A DNA stretch of 64,000 nt from Nannocystales bacterium (GTDB lineage: Bacteria; Myxococcota_A; Polyangia; Nannocystales; Nannocystaceae): assembly GCA_050633305.1 (NCBI GenBank), contig JBOEGF010000008.1, positions 224,001 to 288,000 of the forward strand, given 5' to 3'. Shown in pieces: positions 9,778 to 20,300 of this stretch. Under the pieces are notes generated by a model. That model saw only the letters and a list, made by a program, of their open reading frames with translations. It searched no databases and had not been told where the DNA came from. A program made the position numbers and the translations under genes. The first letter of the stretch is position 1, and the number at the start of each line of letters is the position of its first letter.

Positions 9778-11460
9778 CTACCAGCCAATCGAGAAGTCGT
9801 CGCTGCGGATGACGGCGCGAATCAGAGACCGAACGCTTCGATCGTTGTCGACGAAGGTATCGACATAGGCGTCCAGAGCCGTGTCATCACGACCCGGCAC
9901 CAAGTCCCGTCCCGTGACGAATTCGTGCACACGGCGAACCATGCAACTGTCGAACTCACCGGATTCGACCAGAATCTTGCCGAGACCCAGCGGACCGATG
10001 GTTCCATCCCCCGTCTGCCCGAACAGGGTGTAGTCCTCGGGCAAGAAGTCGATGAGTGCCGCGTCCGGGTTTTCCTCGAGGCGCACCGTCTCGACGGGGG
10101 TCATGAGCGTGTCGTACTCGAACGTGGAGATCGAGCGCTCGCGGTAGTCGTCGTCGAGGTCCAACGCCTGCAACGACCAATCCCCGACACCGCCGAATTG
10201 CGCGCCTCCACCGTAGAGGCGCTTGAAGTGCATGGACGCGGGGTCGATCAACTGATGGCAGTGCTCACAGACCCCCTCCGTCCCCGGGTCGCGCTGGAAG
10301 TCGTGAAACTCGACGTCCGCCGGAGGAGGCGTGAACTCGCGACACGCAAAGATCTCGAGCCACCGGGCGCCACGCACTCGCTCCCTCGGGAACGTGTAGT
10401 TGGGCGCCAACATCGAGAGCACCCCCGCCGCGGGCACCCCAGGGGGAGAGCCGTCCTCGACTCGTGGGTCGAAGCGCGTGTCTCGCTCGGACAGCATGTT
10501 CGGGTGCATGCTCTCAAACGACGTCTCCTTCCAGTGCGAGTCAGACGCATAGTCGCGGAACCATTCCGTCTCATCCAGGAAGTCGTTGCTTCCATTCTGT
10601 CGCCCGTTGCGCAGGTACATGTAGTGCAGCGGGCGGTTGACCAGGGTGTAGTCCCCGACGACGAGGTCGGACAGCGGACGGTCATTCGTGACGATGTATT
10701 GAAACAGCCGACCGGGTTCCTCGAACGCCGAACGCCGCATTGAGAGCGGGTCGAAGTTGTCGAAGTTCTCGCCTCCGCCGACACCGTCGCGCCGATTGCA
10801 ATAGACCAGATTGGGACCGCACGAGCAGCCGGGTGCTGGCCACTGGATGCGTCCGCGGGGTTTTCCGCAGTCGACGCCTCCGACGCTCCGAACGTCGGTT
10901 TGTCCGGCGGCACCGATCATGGTCACCGTCGACCCGGGTTCCCACCACGGCTCGATTTCTTCGATCGGCGCGCCCGGGTCGTCGCACAACTCCCAAGGTT
11001 CGCCGTACGCGGCGGAGTTGCTCAGCAGCCCGAGGGCGCCTTCGTGCGCCGTCCCGGCAGGACAGGCCATCACCTCCACACCGTAGTGCCCGTCAAAATC
11101 AGAGTTCACGAAGTCGGTTCGAAAGTCGTACGAACCCACACGAAGCAGCTCCATCCCAAAGCGGAGAATCGCGTCCTCGAACTCGGGTCCTTGGAGCAGC
11201 GCGTCGAGCCGTTCGACGACGGCGTCTTCGCGTTCGGCAGCCGGCAGCGCGAGGAGTTCCTCGTATTCTTCGACCGTTGGCGGCCGATTGGCGAGGGCCA
11301 TGTACCCCCGGCGCAACAGACGAGTTGCTTGAACCCGATGAGACTGCTGCCACCCCAGCGGAACATCGGCGGCCGGCTGAGCGGGAGCATCCTGCATGAG
11401 CGCAAATCCACCAGCGAGCAAGCCCACTGAAACCGTACCAACCATGACTAGCGTCTTCAT
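9778..11460 (-). CDS. secreted CxxCH protein, DUF1585/1588 (PSD/PSCyt)-like
   Basis: LLRRGYMALANRPPT, PAAGVLS..FP..RVR, CEHCHQLIDP, F.SCMVRRV..FVTGR..LIRAVIRSD. Confidence 0.75.
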   Translation of the reverse strand: MKTLVMVGTVSVGLLAGGFALMQDAPAQPAADVPLGWQQSHRVQATRLLRRGYMALANRPPTVEEYEELLALPAAEREDAVVERLDALLQGPEFEDAILRFGMELLRVGSYDFRTDFVNSDFDGHYGVEVMACPAGTAHEGALGLLSNSAAYGEPWELCDDPGAPIEEIEPWWEPGSTVTMIGAAGQTDVRSVGGVDCGKPRGRIQWPAPGCSCGPNLVYCNRRDGVGGGENFDNFDPLSMRRSAFEEPGRLFQYIVTNDRPLSDLVVGDYTLVNRPLHYMYLRNGRQNGSNDFLDETEWFRDYASDSHWKETSFESMHPNMLSERDTRFDPRVEDGSPPGVPAAGVLSMLAPNYTFPRERVRGARWLEIFACREFTPPPADVEFHDFQRDPGTEGVCEHCHQLIDPASMHFKRLYGGGAQFGGVGDWSLQALDLDDDYRERSISTFEYDTLMTPVETVRLEENPDAALIDFLPEDYTLFGQTGDGTIGPLGLGKILVESGEFDSCMVRRVHEFVTGRDLVPGRDDTALDAYVDTFVDNDRSVRSLIRAVIRSDDFSIGW

Positions 11461-13052
11461 CCGCGCACCCCCACAATTTCACCGACGCCCCCGGGCACGA
11501 AGACGTCTTCGATGCCCATAAGTTGGAGCGCTGTCCACACCACATCCGCACTGCGAGGCATCCGCTCAATCGCGTCACCGCCCTCACTGATCAGGGGCGT
11601 CGGCACCCCGATCGGGCTCGGGCTCTCCACCTCGAGGTCGAAGTTCCCAAGCTGCCTGTTTCCCCGGACGCCTCCACCCGCGAGCACGACAGAGGTGAAC
11701 GGCCAATGGTCACACGCGGTCCCTGGCCACGTGCGGGAGAACTCGCTGAAGACCACGACCAGGGTGTCATCCAGCAGCGAGCGTCCAGGCTCCACCTCCG
11801 TCGCATCCATCTCATGGAGCAGACGCGCGACCTGTTCCAGGACCACACGCCCCTGAAGGAACTGTTGCTGGGCACCCTCGGCACCGTCATGGGTGTCGAA
11901 GTAGAACCCGTCGATGCCCAAGGTCTCGATACTGACTGCACTGGACATGTCGGACTTGAACAGCTTGAGCGCGAGGTCAAACTGGTCGTTCCACGCAGCG
12001 CCCGCGTCCGACCCGTTGGCGAGTCCAAACTTCACGCCGTACGGCGGCGGACCCCCGCCGGGAACCGCCCACGACGGAAGGAAGTGCTCCCACCCAGCGG
12101 TCGCCTCCAGCGTCGTGACCAGGTCCTTGCCAAGTTGGCGCGACACCGCCGAGTACGTCTCGTAGATGTCCTCGTAGAAGGCGTTCGTGCCCGTGTTGAC
12201 GGTGCCATAGAGACCCCGCATGCGACGCAGTGCGTACTCGTCCATGGCATTGGTATCAATCGTTCCAAGCCGCGGCCGGGAATCGAAGGAGAACTCGTCA
12301 TGCGGGGCTCTATCCCGCAACCCCGCCCACGCCACGTCCGATCGTTCGGACAACGTCGCTTCGAGTGTCGCAGAAGAGAGGATCTTCGTCGGGGATGCCG
12401 TACTACCGAGCGAAGCCGGGCGGGGGGACGGACCACCGCCGATCGAGACACTCTGCAACGGCCGATGCGGAAAACGATCGAACATGGCATCCGCGACGAA
12501 CGCACCGAGTGCCGGGCTGCGGAACTTCGGACCCGCGACGCCACTCATCATGCTCACCCGCCCGCTTCGGTGGTCCGCCGTGCCCGCATCGATTCCATGA
12601 ACCACGCAGGCACGCTGAAACATGTCGTTGTGCTTCCACGCGTACCCCAGAGGCGACGACACGGAGTTCTGAGGGTCGATCCCGTTGGCGATGATCTCGG
12701 CCTCGTTCCACAACACCGGCGCACGCATGCGTTTCGCATGGGCAACCTCGGGGTCCGGCGCATCACCGCTACCGTCCAGGTTCTCGACGTCCGACGGGTC
12801 GTAGAAGCAGGGCTCGCCCAGGTAGGTCTGTGGGCCCGGGTACACGGACTGGATCTGTGTCGCCGACAGTGGCGTGAAGAAGAGTTCGGGCATCCAGCCA
12901 CCGCGGACGTAAATGGACAACAGCCGGCTGGGATGCCCGCTGTCGCCGCCAGCGCGGGCACGTCGGGGCCGACTTCCCATGGCGCCAAGCAGCGCCAGCT
13001 GGGACGCGCCCAGTCCGGTTTGAAGCAGTTTTCTCCGAGTCAGGTGTCGCAT
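11457..13052 (-). CDS. Tat-exported DUF1501/DUF1552-like protein
   Basis: Tat signal LTRRKLL, IYVRGGW, FDTH, LLDDTLVVVFSEFSRT..DHWP..VLAGGGVRG. Confidence 0.8.
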   Translation of the reverse strand: MRHLTRRKLLQTGLGASQLALLGAMGSRPRRARAGGDSGHPSRLLSIYVRGGWMPELFFTPLSATQIQSVYPGPQTYLGEPCFYDPSDVENLDGSGDAPDPEVAHAKRMRAPVLWNEAEIIANGIDPQNSVSSPLGYAWKHNDMFQRACVVHGIDAGTADHRSGRVSMMSGVAGPKFRSPALGAFVADAMFDRFPHRPLQSVSIGGGPSPRPASLGSTASPTKILSSATLEATLSERSDVAWAGLRDRAPHDEFSFDSRPRLGTIDTNAMDEYALRRMRGLYGTVNTGTNAFYEDIYETYSAVSRQLGKDLVTTLEATAGWEHFLPSWAVPGGGPPPYGVKFGLANGSDAGAAWNDQFDLALKLFKSDMSSAVSIETLGIDGFYFDTHDGAEGAQQQFLQGRVVLEQVARLLHEMDATEVEPGRSLLDDTLVVVFSEFSRTWPGTACDHWPFTSVVLAGGGVRGNRQLGNFDLEVESPSPIGVPTPLISEGGDAIERMPRSADVVWTALQLMGIEDVFVPGGVGEIVGVRG

Positions 13053-13064
13053 CGCATCGCTCCG

Positions 13065-14144
13065 TTAGAAGGTGATCCAAAGAGGGTCTCGGACGAAGGC
13101 CGAGCACACCGCAACCCAAGCGGTCTGCGAGTCTTCCGACGCCTCGTAGGGCAGATAGACTTCGCGGTACATGGCCTCGACTTCTTCGTCGGTGGCCTGC
13201 ACACCCAGCATCCGTAGGAACAGGTACTCGATGTTCTGGCGGATCTGGGGTTCCTCGGTGGCACTGTTGCTCGTGGGACCAGCATGCCGAAAGAGCGCGT
13301 CCCGACCGAGCGTGATCGAGGTTCGGCACCACGCCTGGGCCATGGGGCCGAGCGTCTGCACGAACAGGTTGTTGACGCCTGGACTTCGCGCGTCGCCGCG
13401 GATCATGTCGCCGCCGCCAAGCGCGAGCCACCGCTCCTCGGCGCCCGCCTTCGAGTTGTGCCCCGAGGGGAGTTCGGGAAAGGTTGGGTCGTCGAGAGGG
13501 AACCGCGAGGAGTGGTCGACGTCGTCGATCGTCAGGTCGAGCTGATCCAACAGTCCGGCCTGGATCTGCTCAGCGAGGATCGGCCGAGCGAACCGAGGCG
13601 AAAGGTCGACGCTTGGGAGGTCGCAGACCTCGAGGTCCTCGATCCACATGGAGAGTTCCTCCATGCCGATCTCCACCGCGCCTTCCTCATCGAGTTGCGC
13701 ATAGCTGACCGCGCCCGGTGGCATCTGGTTGAGCGGAGGTGGCGCTTCGCCGCGAAGCATGTCCAACAGCGGGCTCTCGTCCGGAGCTCCCAACGTCACG
13801 AGGTCGGCGTTGTAGACGACGAGACGCTCAAAGCTCGCGAAGTCGGCGGCCAGAGGAACGCTCGTACCTTCGTCGTGGCACCCGACGCACGCGCCCCCCA
13901 TCCGTTGGAACACCTCGTAACTCGGCGTTCGACACTCGCTGATCAGTGGGTCAGCGCTGTCGGAGCCCTCGCCGGTCTCGGTCCCACCATCGTCGACGGC
14001 ATCCGGATCCCCTCCGCCCCCGGCGGTGCCATCGTCTGTCTCCGCCCCACCATTCGCATTCGCGGCCGCCCCGCGATAGCAGCCAGGGGTGGCCACCGCA
14101 CCCAGCGTGAACACCACAAACAATCGATCAACCCCGTGCATCAC
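13065..14144 (-). CDS. lipoprotein c-type cytochrome with a DUF1595-like C-terminus
   Basis: TPGC lipobox-like, CVGCH plus a distal QMPP Met ligand, YLFLRMLG..TDEEV..AWVAVC..DP.W. Confidence 0.75.
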   Translation of the reverse strand: MMHGVDRLFVVFTLGAVATPGCYRGAAANANGGAETDDGTAGGGGDPDAVDDGGTETGEGSDSADPLISECRTPSYEVFQRMGGACVGCHDEGTSVPLAADFASFERLVVYNADLVTLGAPDESPLLDMLRGEAPPPLNQMPPGAVSYAQLDEEGAVEIGMEELSMWIEDLEVCDLPSVDLSPRFARPILAEQIQAGLLDQLDLTIDDVDHSSRFPLDDPTFPELPSGHNSKAGAEERWLALGGGDMIRGDARSPGVNNLFVQTLGPMAQAWCRTSITLGRDALFRHAGPTSNSATEEPQIRQNIEYLFLRMLGVQATDEEVEAMYREVYLPYEASEDSQTAWVAVCSAFVRDPLWITF

Positions 14145-14167
14145 CCATCCGTCCCTTGAGACGAGGG

Positions 14168-14200
14168 AGTTGGACGGGGCAGCTCGAACGGCTCACCAAA
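14168..14200 (-). promoter_or_regulatory. putative ECF promoter (copy 1) for the 14144-8752 operon
   Basis: Minus strand TTTGGTGAGCCG-N15-CCAACT; matches copy 2 in sequence and spacing. Confidence 0.5.
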
Positions 14201-14326
14201 GTGCAGAAAAAAGCGACATGGGCCTTCATCCCCCACACCTGGGTGCACGACCACCCACGGGAAGCTGGCATCACTCGGATGCCGCCCAGAGCAGCGACAG
14301 CACCACGTTCTGCGGATGGCGGACAA

Positions 14327-14359
14327 TTTGGTGAGCTGAAATGCCGGGGTTGCGCGACT
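14327..14359 (+). promoter_or_regulatory. putative ECF promoter (copy 2), autoregulatory
   Basis: TTTGGTGAGCTG-N15-GCGACT. Confidence 0.5.
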
Positions 14360-15006
14360 ATCATCAGCGCGTGGCGCAACAGGCAGGAGACGAGCAAAAA
14401 CGTCCAGCCAACGTTGCCGTCCTGCGTTTTCAAGGGTCCGATGCGCAACTCCTCGAACTGGTCCGGTCCCGCGACCCCACCGCCCCAGCTGCGGTATTTG
14501 ACCGCTTCGAACAAGACGTCAACCGGCTCATCTGGCGATGCCTGGGTGCCGACACGGACCACGATGACCTCGTGCACGAGACGTTTCTGCACGTCCTCAA
14601 AGGAATGGCCCGCGTGCGAGACCCGGAGGCGCTACGCGGGTGGGTTGCCTCCGTGGCGGTCAACACCGCCCGCAGCGAGCTCCGCAAGCGCCGGTTCCGA
14701 CGCGGATTTTGGTCCACCGAGCCCATGCCAGACGTTGGAGCGGAACCCGCGGACACCGAGGGCCGCGACATGCTGCGCCAGGTCTACCGGATCCTCGACC
14801 GACTCCCCACAGACGAGCGCATCGCGTTCATTTTGCGGCACGTCGAACAACGCCCGCTCGAGCATGTCGCCGAGATGGCGGGCTGCTCGCTCGCGACGAT
14901 CAAGCGCCGACTGGCCAAGGCGAACAAGCGTTTCGCTGCGATCGCGAAGAAGGACCCTGCGCTGGCAGACCGCCTGGCTGTATCCAAGTGGGGAGGGCGC
15001 GCATGA
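14341..15006 (+). CDS. ECF RNA polymerase sigma factor (true start possibly GTG 14371)
   Basis: DDLVHETFLHV..LRGWVASVAVNTAR, LDRLPTDERIAFILR..EHVAEMAGCSLATIKRRLAKA. Confidence 0.92.
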   Translation: MPGLRDYHQRVAQQAGDEQKRPANVAVLRFQGSDAQLLELVRSRDPTAPAAVFDRFEQDVNRLIWRCLGADTDHDDLVHETFLHVLKGMARVRDPEALRGWVASVAVNTARSELRKRRFRRGFWSTEPMPDVGAEPADTEGRDMLRQVYRILDRLPTDERIAFILRHVEQRPLEHVAEMAGCSLATIKRRLAKANKRFAAIAKKDPALADRLAVSKWGGRA

Positions 15007-16250
15007 CCGAACGACATGACCCCGCTGCCGTCGGCCGGGACCTCGCGGCTGCGCTCGGAGACGGACCCGACCAACGGCGGCGCTTGGCACAGCGCGAACG
15101 GCTGGTGCGAGCGGCCGCCCCCGAGCAGAGCCGCGTATGGCTCCCATGGGTTGTCGCGCTCGCAGCGGTCGTCATCGCCATTGTCGGTACCGCCGCGTGG
15201 GTACGTCCAAGGAATCCCAACACCACCTCCGCGAGCCGCGAAGACTCCTTGGCGCACTCTGGCCGTTGGCTGGAAGCGTCACCGACCGGTGCTGTGCAGC
15301 TGGCTCTCGATGAGGGGACGTGGGTCCGCATCGTTGAGGGTGGCCGAGCGCGAGTCGCCACCCCGACCCGCGGCTCGGGCCGCATAGCTCTCGAGTCCGG
15401 CCGCGTCGAAGCTGAAGTTGAACCGAGTGCCGCGCGGTCGTGGACGGTGGAGGCTGGCCCGTATGAAGTCACCGTGGTGGGCACGGTTTTCTCCGTCGAC
15501 TGGGACGCCGCCGCCTCCCGCCTTGAGGTCGAAGTCGTCCGCGGGAAAGTGGTGGTGACGGGAGAATCGATCGGGAGCGAGTCGATCGCAGTGGAAGCCG
15601 GCCACCGCCTCCAGGCCGACCATGCTCGACGCTCGGTCACCCTTGAACCGCGAGACAACGCGGGAGAAGAGCTCGTGGTGCTTCTCGAAGAACCGCCCCC
15701 TGCCGACCCCGAAGAGAAAGTGCGGGCAGACGTACCGCTGGAACGCGCCAAGCGACGTCCCTCTCGCCGACAGGCCCCTCCGCAAGCGACGTGGAAGTCC
15801 GAGGCAACCGCGGGCAACTACACCGCGGCGATGACTCTCGCGAAACGCCGAGGGGTCGACGGGCTGCTCGCATCTTTGACGGGGAGCGACCTCATCCTCC
15901 TTGCAGACACCGCCCGGCTCGCGCGCGACCGCGGTCTCGCCCGACGTGCCTACGTCCGCGTCCGAGAGCGTTTCAAGGGGTCCAAGCAGGCCGCTCGTGC
16001 GGCGTTCCAACTCGGCCGGCTCGCTGCAGACGGTGCCAAGCAGCATACGCAGGCCGCACAGTACTTCTCCACCTACCTCGAGGAAGCGCCCCGTGGTGCT
16101 TACGCCCGCGAGGCTCGCGGTCGTCTGGTGCAGTCTCTCGACGCCGCCGGTGACTCCAAGGCTGCCTCGAACGCCGCACGCAAGTACCTGAAGCTTCACC
16201 CCAAGGGACCGCACGCCAGGCTGTCGCGGTCGCTGGCGGAGGCGCCCTGA
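15003..16250 (+). CDS. FecR-domain anti-sigma factor with C-terminal TPR
   Basis: TM helix, LESGRV..V..WTVEAGPYEVTVVGTVFSV..VEVVRGKV, TPR ending YLKLHPKGPHA; ATGA overlap with the sigma gene. Confidence 0.88.
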   Translation: MTERHDPAAVGRDLAAALGDGPDQRRRLAQRERLVRAAAPEQSRVWLPWVVALAAVVIAIVGTAAWVRPRNPNTTSASREDSLAHSGRWLEASPTGAVQLALDEGTWVRIVEGGRARVATPTRGSGRIALESGRVEAEVEPSAARSWTVEAGPYEVTVVGTVFSVDWDAAASRLEVEVVRGKVVVTGESIGSESIAVEAGHRLQADHARRSVTLEPRDNAGEELVVLLEEPPPADPEEKVRADVPLERAKRRPSRRQAPPQATWKSEATAGNYTAAMTLAKRRGVDGLLASLTGSDLILLADTARLARDRGLARRAYVRVRERFKGSKQAARAAFQLGRLAADGAKQHTQAAQYFSTYLEEAPRGAYAREARGRLVQSLDAAGDSKAASNAARKYLKLHPKGPHARLSRSLAEAP

Positions 16251-17305
16251 TCCTCGCTTGGGTTGCGGCGGCCGCGACCACCGTCGCCGGACCTGAGGTC
16301 GCCGTGCAAACCGACGCTGACGACAAGGTGCAGCGCTCGGCCCAGGTCCTGTTGGTCACCACCGCAGGCGGCGACGAATCCGGCCTTGGAGTCCGTGTGC
16401 GCCGAACTCGTGCCGAACTCGAGGCCGCGGGGTTCGACGTGCTTGAAGTTGGGCTCACCGCGGAGATTCAGTCCATCGGCGACGCACGGATCGCAGGGCT
16501 GGCCGACGAGTACTCTTGCCGCGCCCTGTTGTTGATGCATCCGAGCAAAGCGCAGGCGGACCTTTGGTCGGTCAGCGACGACGCGGTGCCCCGACGGCGT
16601 GCGGTCGTCGTCGGTGATGCGGTCGCCAGCGAGGGTGAATCGGTGTTCGCCGTTCGGGCCGCCGAGGTGCTACAGGCGACGCTCCTCGAGGTCGAAGAGC
16701 ACGAACGTCCGACGCCCCCTCCGCCCGAGCAGGCACCGAAGTCCCAGCCCCTCCCGACTCCGCCACCCGCACCGGCTCCTCGCTGGGGCCTGCGGTTGGG
16801 CGCACACCTCGGTGGTGCGGGACGCGACCTGGGCGTTCTTCTGGGGCCCAGCGCCGGCGCAACGATCGCGCTGGGACCGCGCCGCCGTCTGGCCCTGGAC
16901 ATCGACGCTTGGGCCACAGGATTGACCGGTCGTCTCGCGGCGCGTGAGGGTGACGCCCGCGTGGGGTTCGGTGTCATGCGTGGGACCGTGGGATGGTGGC
17001 CAGTACCCACGCACCGGGTATCTCCAGGCTTTGGTCTCGGATGGGGTGGTCTTGTCGCATGGACGCAAGGACATGGGCGAGACGGGTTTCGCGGAAGGAC
17101 TGACGTCACCGTGGTGGGCACACCGGTTGCCTCGGCCGATGTCGCGTTCTTGGTAACACCTCGGTTTCGGATCCGGCTCGGCACGCGGGTCGGAGTCGCA
17201 CTCCCGGCGATCCAGCTGCTCACTGCTTCGGGACCGACCCGCGCCGCGCAGCCGTTGCTCGATGGCGGTGTGACGTTCGAACTCCTCTCCGGGCGCGAGT
17301 CGTGA
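16247..17305 (+). CDS. secreted protein, Pro linker plus beta-barrel-like C-terminus (start CTG 16247 or GTG 16304)
   Basis: ORF 16304..17305 with an in-frame hydrophobic upstream extension LILAWVAAAA; alternating Gly/aromatic beta-strand pattern. Confidence 0.65.
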   Translation: MILAWVAAAATTVAGPEVAVQTDADDKVQRSAQVLLVTTAGGDESGLGVRVRRTRAELEAAGFDVLEVGLTAEIQSIGDARIAGLADEYSCRALLLMHPSKAQADLWSVSDDAVPRRRAVVVGDAVASEGESVFAVRAAEVLQATLLEVEEHERPTPPPPEQAPKSQPLPTPPPAPAPRWGLRLGAHLGGAGRDLGVLLGPSAGATIALGPRRRLALDIDAWATGLTGRLAAREGDARVGFGVMRGTVGWWPVPTHRVSPGFGLGWGGLVAWTQGHGRDGFRGRTDVTVVGTPVASADVAFLVTPRFRIRLGTRVGVALPAIQLLTASGPTRAAQPLLDGGVTFELLSGRES

Positions 17306-17313
17306 GGTAGGTT

Positions 17314-20300
17314 GTGATGGTGGCGGACGGACGGAGACGGGGCGTGCTGGCGATCATGTTCATCGTCGCTTGCGGCGACGCGGGCAACTTGTCCCCGTTC
17401 GCCTCCGGGGCCGACGCAGGCTCGGAGTCTTCACCTGTAGGCCAAACATCAGGCCTCGACGCCTCATCGGCGGAGGGCAACGCCGAGTCCGGGGACGAGA
17501 CCTCGGGCGGGTCAACAGGAGGTCTCGCCCAGGCATGGGATGGCGAGTTGGACTTCGTCTACGTCCGTTGCGCTCGAACCTCCGCGGCGCTCGACATCAC
17601 GTTGGACATCGAAAAGGACGGCGCGACCCAGACGGCGACACGGACCCTCCAGCACGCCGACGTCTACGACCGGTTCCCCTCGTCGCAGACCGCTGGCGGC
17701 CGTTGGGCGGCCCCGTGCGACCTGGTCCTGCGCGAAGCGGACGGCTCCGAGCAGGTGCTGTACGACTGCTCCAGCGGGTTCTCGGCAGAATCGGCGTGCA
17801 CCGCGATGGACCCCGCCGTGTCACACGACGCCCGCAAGGTAGCATTCTCGGTCTACCGCGGGACGGCGAACCACCGCGAGATGAGGGCCACGCCTGAGCT
17901 CATTGATCCCGCAGCCGAGGGCGGCGAGCAGCGGTTCGTCGCCCTCCCCGGTTGGGAACTCGAACCGCTGGAGGCTCAGCTGTACATCTACGACGTCGAC
18001 TCGGCGGCGTTGACCGCCTTCCCCCACGACGAAGGGGTCTTCGACACAGCGCCGGCCTTCCTCTCGACCAACCGTCTCGCATTCGTATCCACCCGGGATG
18101 GTGTCGGAAGCACCCGTATTCGCTGGCCCAGCGACTCGTGGGAAACCGTGGTGAGCACAACCCGTGTGCCTCAGCTGTACTCCGTCGACGCGCAGGGTCG
18201 CGATGCAGTCAGGCTCAACCCCCAAACCGGAACCGGCGATGGCGCTCCGTTCCAGCTCCGTGACGGCCGGATCGCACACATCAGCTGGCAAGCGCTCGGC
18301 CTGCTTCCGTTCCGCTACGACAACGGGAACACGGGGTCACCGGGCGCACGAGCGAACCTGGCGCACCTCTACGCCGTGGGGCCGTGGGGCACTCACCTCA
18401 GCGCGATGTTCGGCCAGCACACGCACATCTCGGGCCCCCCCGACTTTCAGCACACCGGTGCCCAGCGCGTCGCACAAACGTCCGACGGTCGGGTCTGGTT
18501 CACCGATCGAGCTGGACCCGCCGGTGGGCGCATCTACGGGTTCGTCCCGTCTCCCAACGGCGTCGAAGGCCAAGCACCCGGCAGCACCGACAACAACGCC
18601 AGCACGTTCAGCCCAGCCTCGATGCAGGAACTCACCACCTGGGCCTCGGGCCACGGTGCCCTCTCGGGGCCCATGCCCGAACCGGCACTTGAAGTCGCCG
18701 GCTACGCCGACCCACTGTTCTTGCGTGGCTTCGTCCGGGACCCCGAGGGGCTACCGGAGAATGAACTCATGCTCGTCTGGTCCAAGGGCGGCTGCCACGA
18801 CAGCGGAACCGCTTTCGAAGCGGTCTTCGGAGAGGATCCCCCGCCCCTGACCTCGGGCGCGGAGCAGTTCATCGCGGCCAGCGTGCTCAACCACATTGGT
18901 TTGGACAACCCGGGTTGCGACGCTGGCATCTACCGCGTTCGCTCAATACCGGTCGAGCACCCCGGAGAATTCGAGCCGCTCGTCGACACCGCCGAGTATC
19001 ACGAGATCATGCCTCGGGCGCTCGTGCCCTACAGTGCGGTTCACGGTGTCGATCGACCCGACGCGCCCGCGCCCGCGACCGCTGACCTCGAACCCGGCAG
19101 CCCGTTCGGAGAACTCGCCGTATCGTCGATGCTCCTGCGAGAAACCCGGTCCACAGATGGGCACCCCTTCGGCGGCCAAGCTCAGTGGGCCCGGCAGGGC
19201 ACCGACACAGCGGACTACGACGACGCGGAGCTCTGTGGAGCTCGGGTGCTTGCTGTCCAGCCCAACGAGTCCGAGGAGGACGAGGAGGAGCTGCGCGCGC
19301 CGGTTGGAGCACGAGTGCTCGTCCTCGGCGAGATCGACGTTCGACACGGCAACGAACTCGACCGCCTCGGGATGCCGGACACCTCGTTCCGCACCCGGGT
19401 CCCCGCCGATGTCTCGCTGCTGCTCCAAGCGATCGACTGCGACGGCCGCACGCTCAACACATCGCAGACCCCTTTCTCGGTCCGTTCTGGCGAACAACTC
19501 ACGTGCACCGGCTGCCACTACCCGTCGGAAGAAGGCCTGCGGTTCTCCGGTGTTTTTGCCGATCGCAACACGTACGAGCCGTCCACCACGACCCTCGGCA
19601 CAGTGCAGCTGCTCTCCGACGGCGGGGTCGTGGACCAAGACGGGTGGGGACGAAGCTACGACTTCATCCAAGACGTCTTTCCCATCTTCGAGTCCCGGTG
19701 CACGCCCTGCCACGATGCGGACCAGGCCGACGCAGGACTGATCCTCGACGCCCCCGGCACAGAACCCGGCTCGAGTTGGTGGACACTGGTCGGCGATCGA
19801 CAGCAACAGTTCGTGCCCGATGAGCGCCTCGCCCCCACCCCCTCCGGCGGGAGTCTGTCGCCACCACAGCTCACGCGATATGTCCGTTTCATGAACGCCC
19901 GTGGGAGTCTGCTGTACTGGAAGGCAGCCGGGCACCGTACCGACGGTCGAACCGACGACCAGTTTCCCGACGACGCCGAGGACGGTTTTGCCGACGTCGA
20001 TTTCGGACCCGAGCACCCCACCGACATCACCGCCGAGGAGCTCGGAGTCCTCTCTCGCTGGATCGACACGGGTTCGGGGGCGGGCAGTCGATTCCGGGCG
20101 GACACCACCCCGCCGACGCTCGCTGTCGTCATCCGTGGAGGCGGGTCCCAGGAGCCTGTCCTCTCGATCGGAACCGTCGACGTCGGCTCGGGCATCGACA
20201 GCACGTCGCTGGAGGTGTGTCGGGTCGAGGCCTCCGGAGCCTGCACGTCCATCCCAACTCCGGACGCGGACGAAGCCGGTGTCGTGCAAGTGCCACTGGA

